Shown piece by piece: positions 62,834 through 64,000 of a DNA stretch of 64,000 bases (its first letter is position 1; every line of letters starts with the position of its first letter). A program made the position numbers and the translations under genes. The notes under the pieces are model-generated. The model saw nothing but the letters and a program-made list of their open reading frames with translations, was not told the DNA's origin and did no database searches. Location of the stretch: NCBI GenBank assembly GCA_958009085.1, contig OY253675.1, forward strand, positions 434,001 to 498,000, written 5' to 3'. The stretch is from Protoeuglena noctilucae. Taxonomy: Eukaryota.

Positions 62834-63216
62834 GCGCGGTGGGTCGGCCGAGAGGGGCCAGCATGCAGTTAGGGTAGCAGCAGCGTGAAAGCGAGGTCAG
62901 CAGCAGTAGTCCTTTGGTACATAGCGGCGGTAGGATAGAACGGCGGGGCGGCATCGCACGCCCGCCCACCTATTTCCTCTTTCCGCAGGCAGTAACTCTC
63001 ACCCTCCCCTTGTTGTGTCATTCCCCTGGCCAGCCGACCATTGCCACGCTCGTTGTCGTTCGAATGCGTCATCACTTTTGAATGCTACTCTATGTACGCT
63101 AGGTCCGCTTGCTCGCTCTCAGATGGCGTCGTCGCGCCTCTGGCTGCCCCGTGCCGATCGGTCGGCCATAACAGCACCGACCGGCCCACGCATTCGCATC
63201 GGCCCCACAAGACCCG

Positions 63217-64000
63217 TCAGTCCTCGTGCGCATGCGCCTCGCTCGCGCGGACGATGAGGGCGCCCGGGACGACCCGGATGGGCGGCGGGGCCTGGAGACC
63301 GTTGGGTGGCTGACCGAAGAGCACCCGAAGCACGTTGGGAGTCCGCATGAGGCGCATGGCCCCCGGGAACATCAGCGGGACGACGTCCTCGAAGTACCAG
63401 TAAATGTGCCTGCGGGCAGATGGTCGATGTGGGGGAGTTAGGAGCCATCGCTCCCCCGTCCATTGTGCCGTGCAGGGCGCAGGCCATCGCAGCGCGCCCG
63501 CACCCCGCAGCGATGCCGAGGAGGTTGGTGTAGACCGACACTCCGAGGAGGTAGTGGAACCCAGTCATGACCCATGGGAGCCACGGCGCTTGGAAGCTGA
63601 GGAGCCCCATCGCGTTGATCATGACGTACTTGTTGCGACGCGCCCACACTGCGGAAGGAAGGCAATTGCATGTGTCGGTCATCCAAGCGATCCAGTGACG
63701 CATATACCACCTAATCAAGCAGCTGGCGCGGCGGGAGGCGGTCGCGCGGCGCCGTGCGAGGGCCCTCACCGTACATGACCATGTACGCCAGCGCGTTGGA
63801 GAGGAAGAGCATGGGCTCGGGCACCAGGTGCGCAGCCGGGAGCATCATGGCGGCACCGACGAGGAGCATCCACAGGAAATCGGCGGGGCGGTTGCGGAAA
63901 TGGGTCTCTTCAAGGGACTTGAAGTACTTGAGGTCGAAGAACACGCGGAGGCCGAGGTGAATCACGTCCTGAATCTGCCGAATGTGGCCAAAATACAGGA
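63217..64000 (-). CDS. Derlin (Der1-like ERAD protein), 5' end outside the window
   Basis: [53 protein letters not shown] and [19 protein letters not shown]. Stop at 63217. Confidence 0.93.

Noticed and set aside
1..64000. non-standard genetic code (TAA/TAG read as Gln) or selenocysteine read-through
   Set aside because: Conserved proteins end at TAA (Ku70, after the SAP domain), TAG (EGLN-like) and TGA, and the frame interruptions I traced are explained by introns.
1..64000. transposons, introner elements, tRNA or rRNA genes
   Set aside because: I saw no transposase or RT motifs, no terminal repeats, no near-identical introns shared between loci and no cloverleaf or rRNA signatures. A covariance-model search was not possible, so small RNAs cannot be excluded.

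Overview
GC-rich eukaryotic nuclear DNA. Gene content and the iPGM N-terminus suggest a chlorophyte green alga, but that is an inference. Splicing exons by hand gives 18 tightly packed, intron-containing protein genes: an SFI1-repeat-like protein (partial), a Fringe-like GT31 glycosyltransferase, a WDTC1/ASG2-like WD40-TPR protein ending in a CaaX box, a hypothetical protein, an unrecognised N-terminal RING-HC polytopic membrane protein, a USP-domain protein, an IDM1-like PHD-GNAT acetyltransferase, cofactor-independent phosphoglycerate mutase, an EGLN-like 2OG-Fe(II) oxygenase, a putative mitochondrial membrane protein, RRP6, a putative plastid protein, a divergent Ku70, UTP21/WDR36, an Aladin-like WD40 protein, a histidine phosphatase, a bacterial-type 2OG-Fe dioxygenase and Derlin (partial). 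Most ORFs in the supplied track are GC-rich shadow frames. The most striking signal is the intron biology. (1) At more than a dozen exon boundaries the exon end plus its splice site (or start/stop codon) is re-copied 39-130 bp away as tandem echoes of varying age. (2) Gene-interior introns are built as a G/T-rich 5' arm, an AT-rich and often palindromic pivot, and an A/C-rich 3' arm, so they could fold back on themselves. (3) About one in five modelled introns needs a GC donor. (4) The expanded introns are confined to gene interiors, while gene 5' ends keep short CpG-rich introns. Exon coordinates are manual and approximate, and no database search was run.
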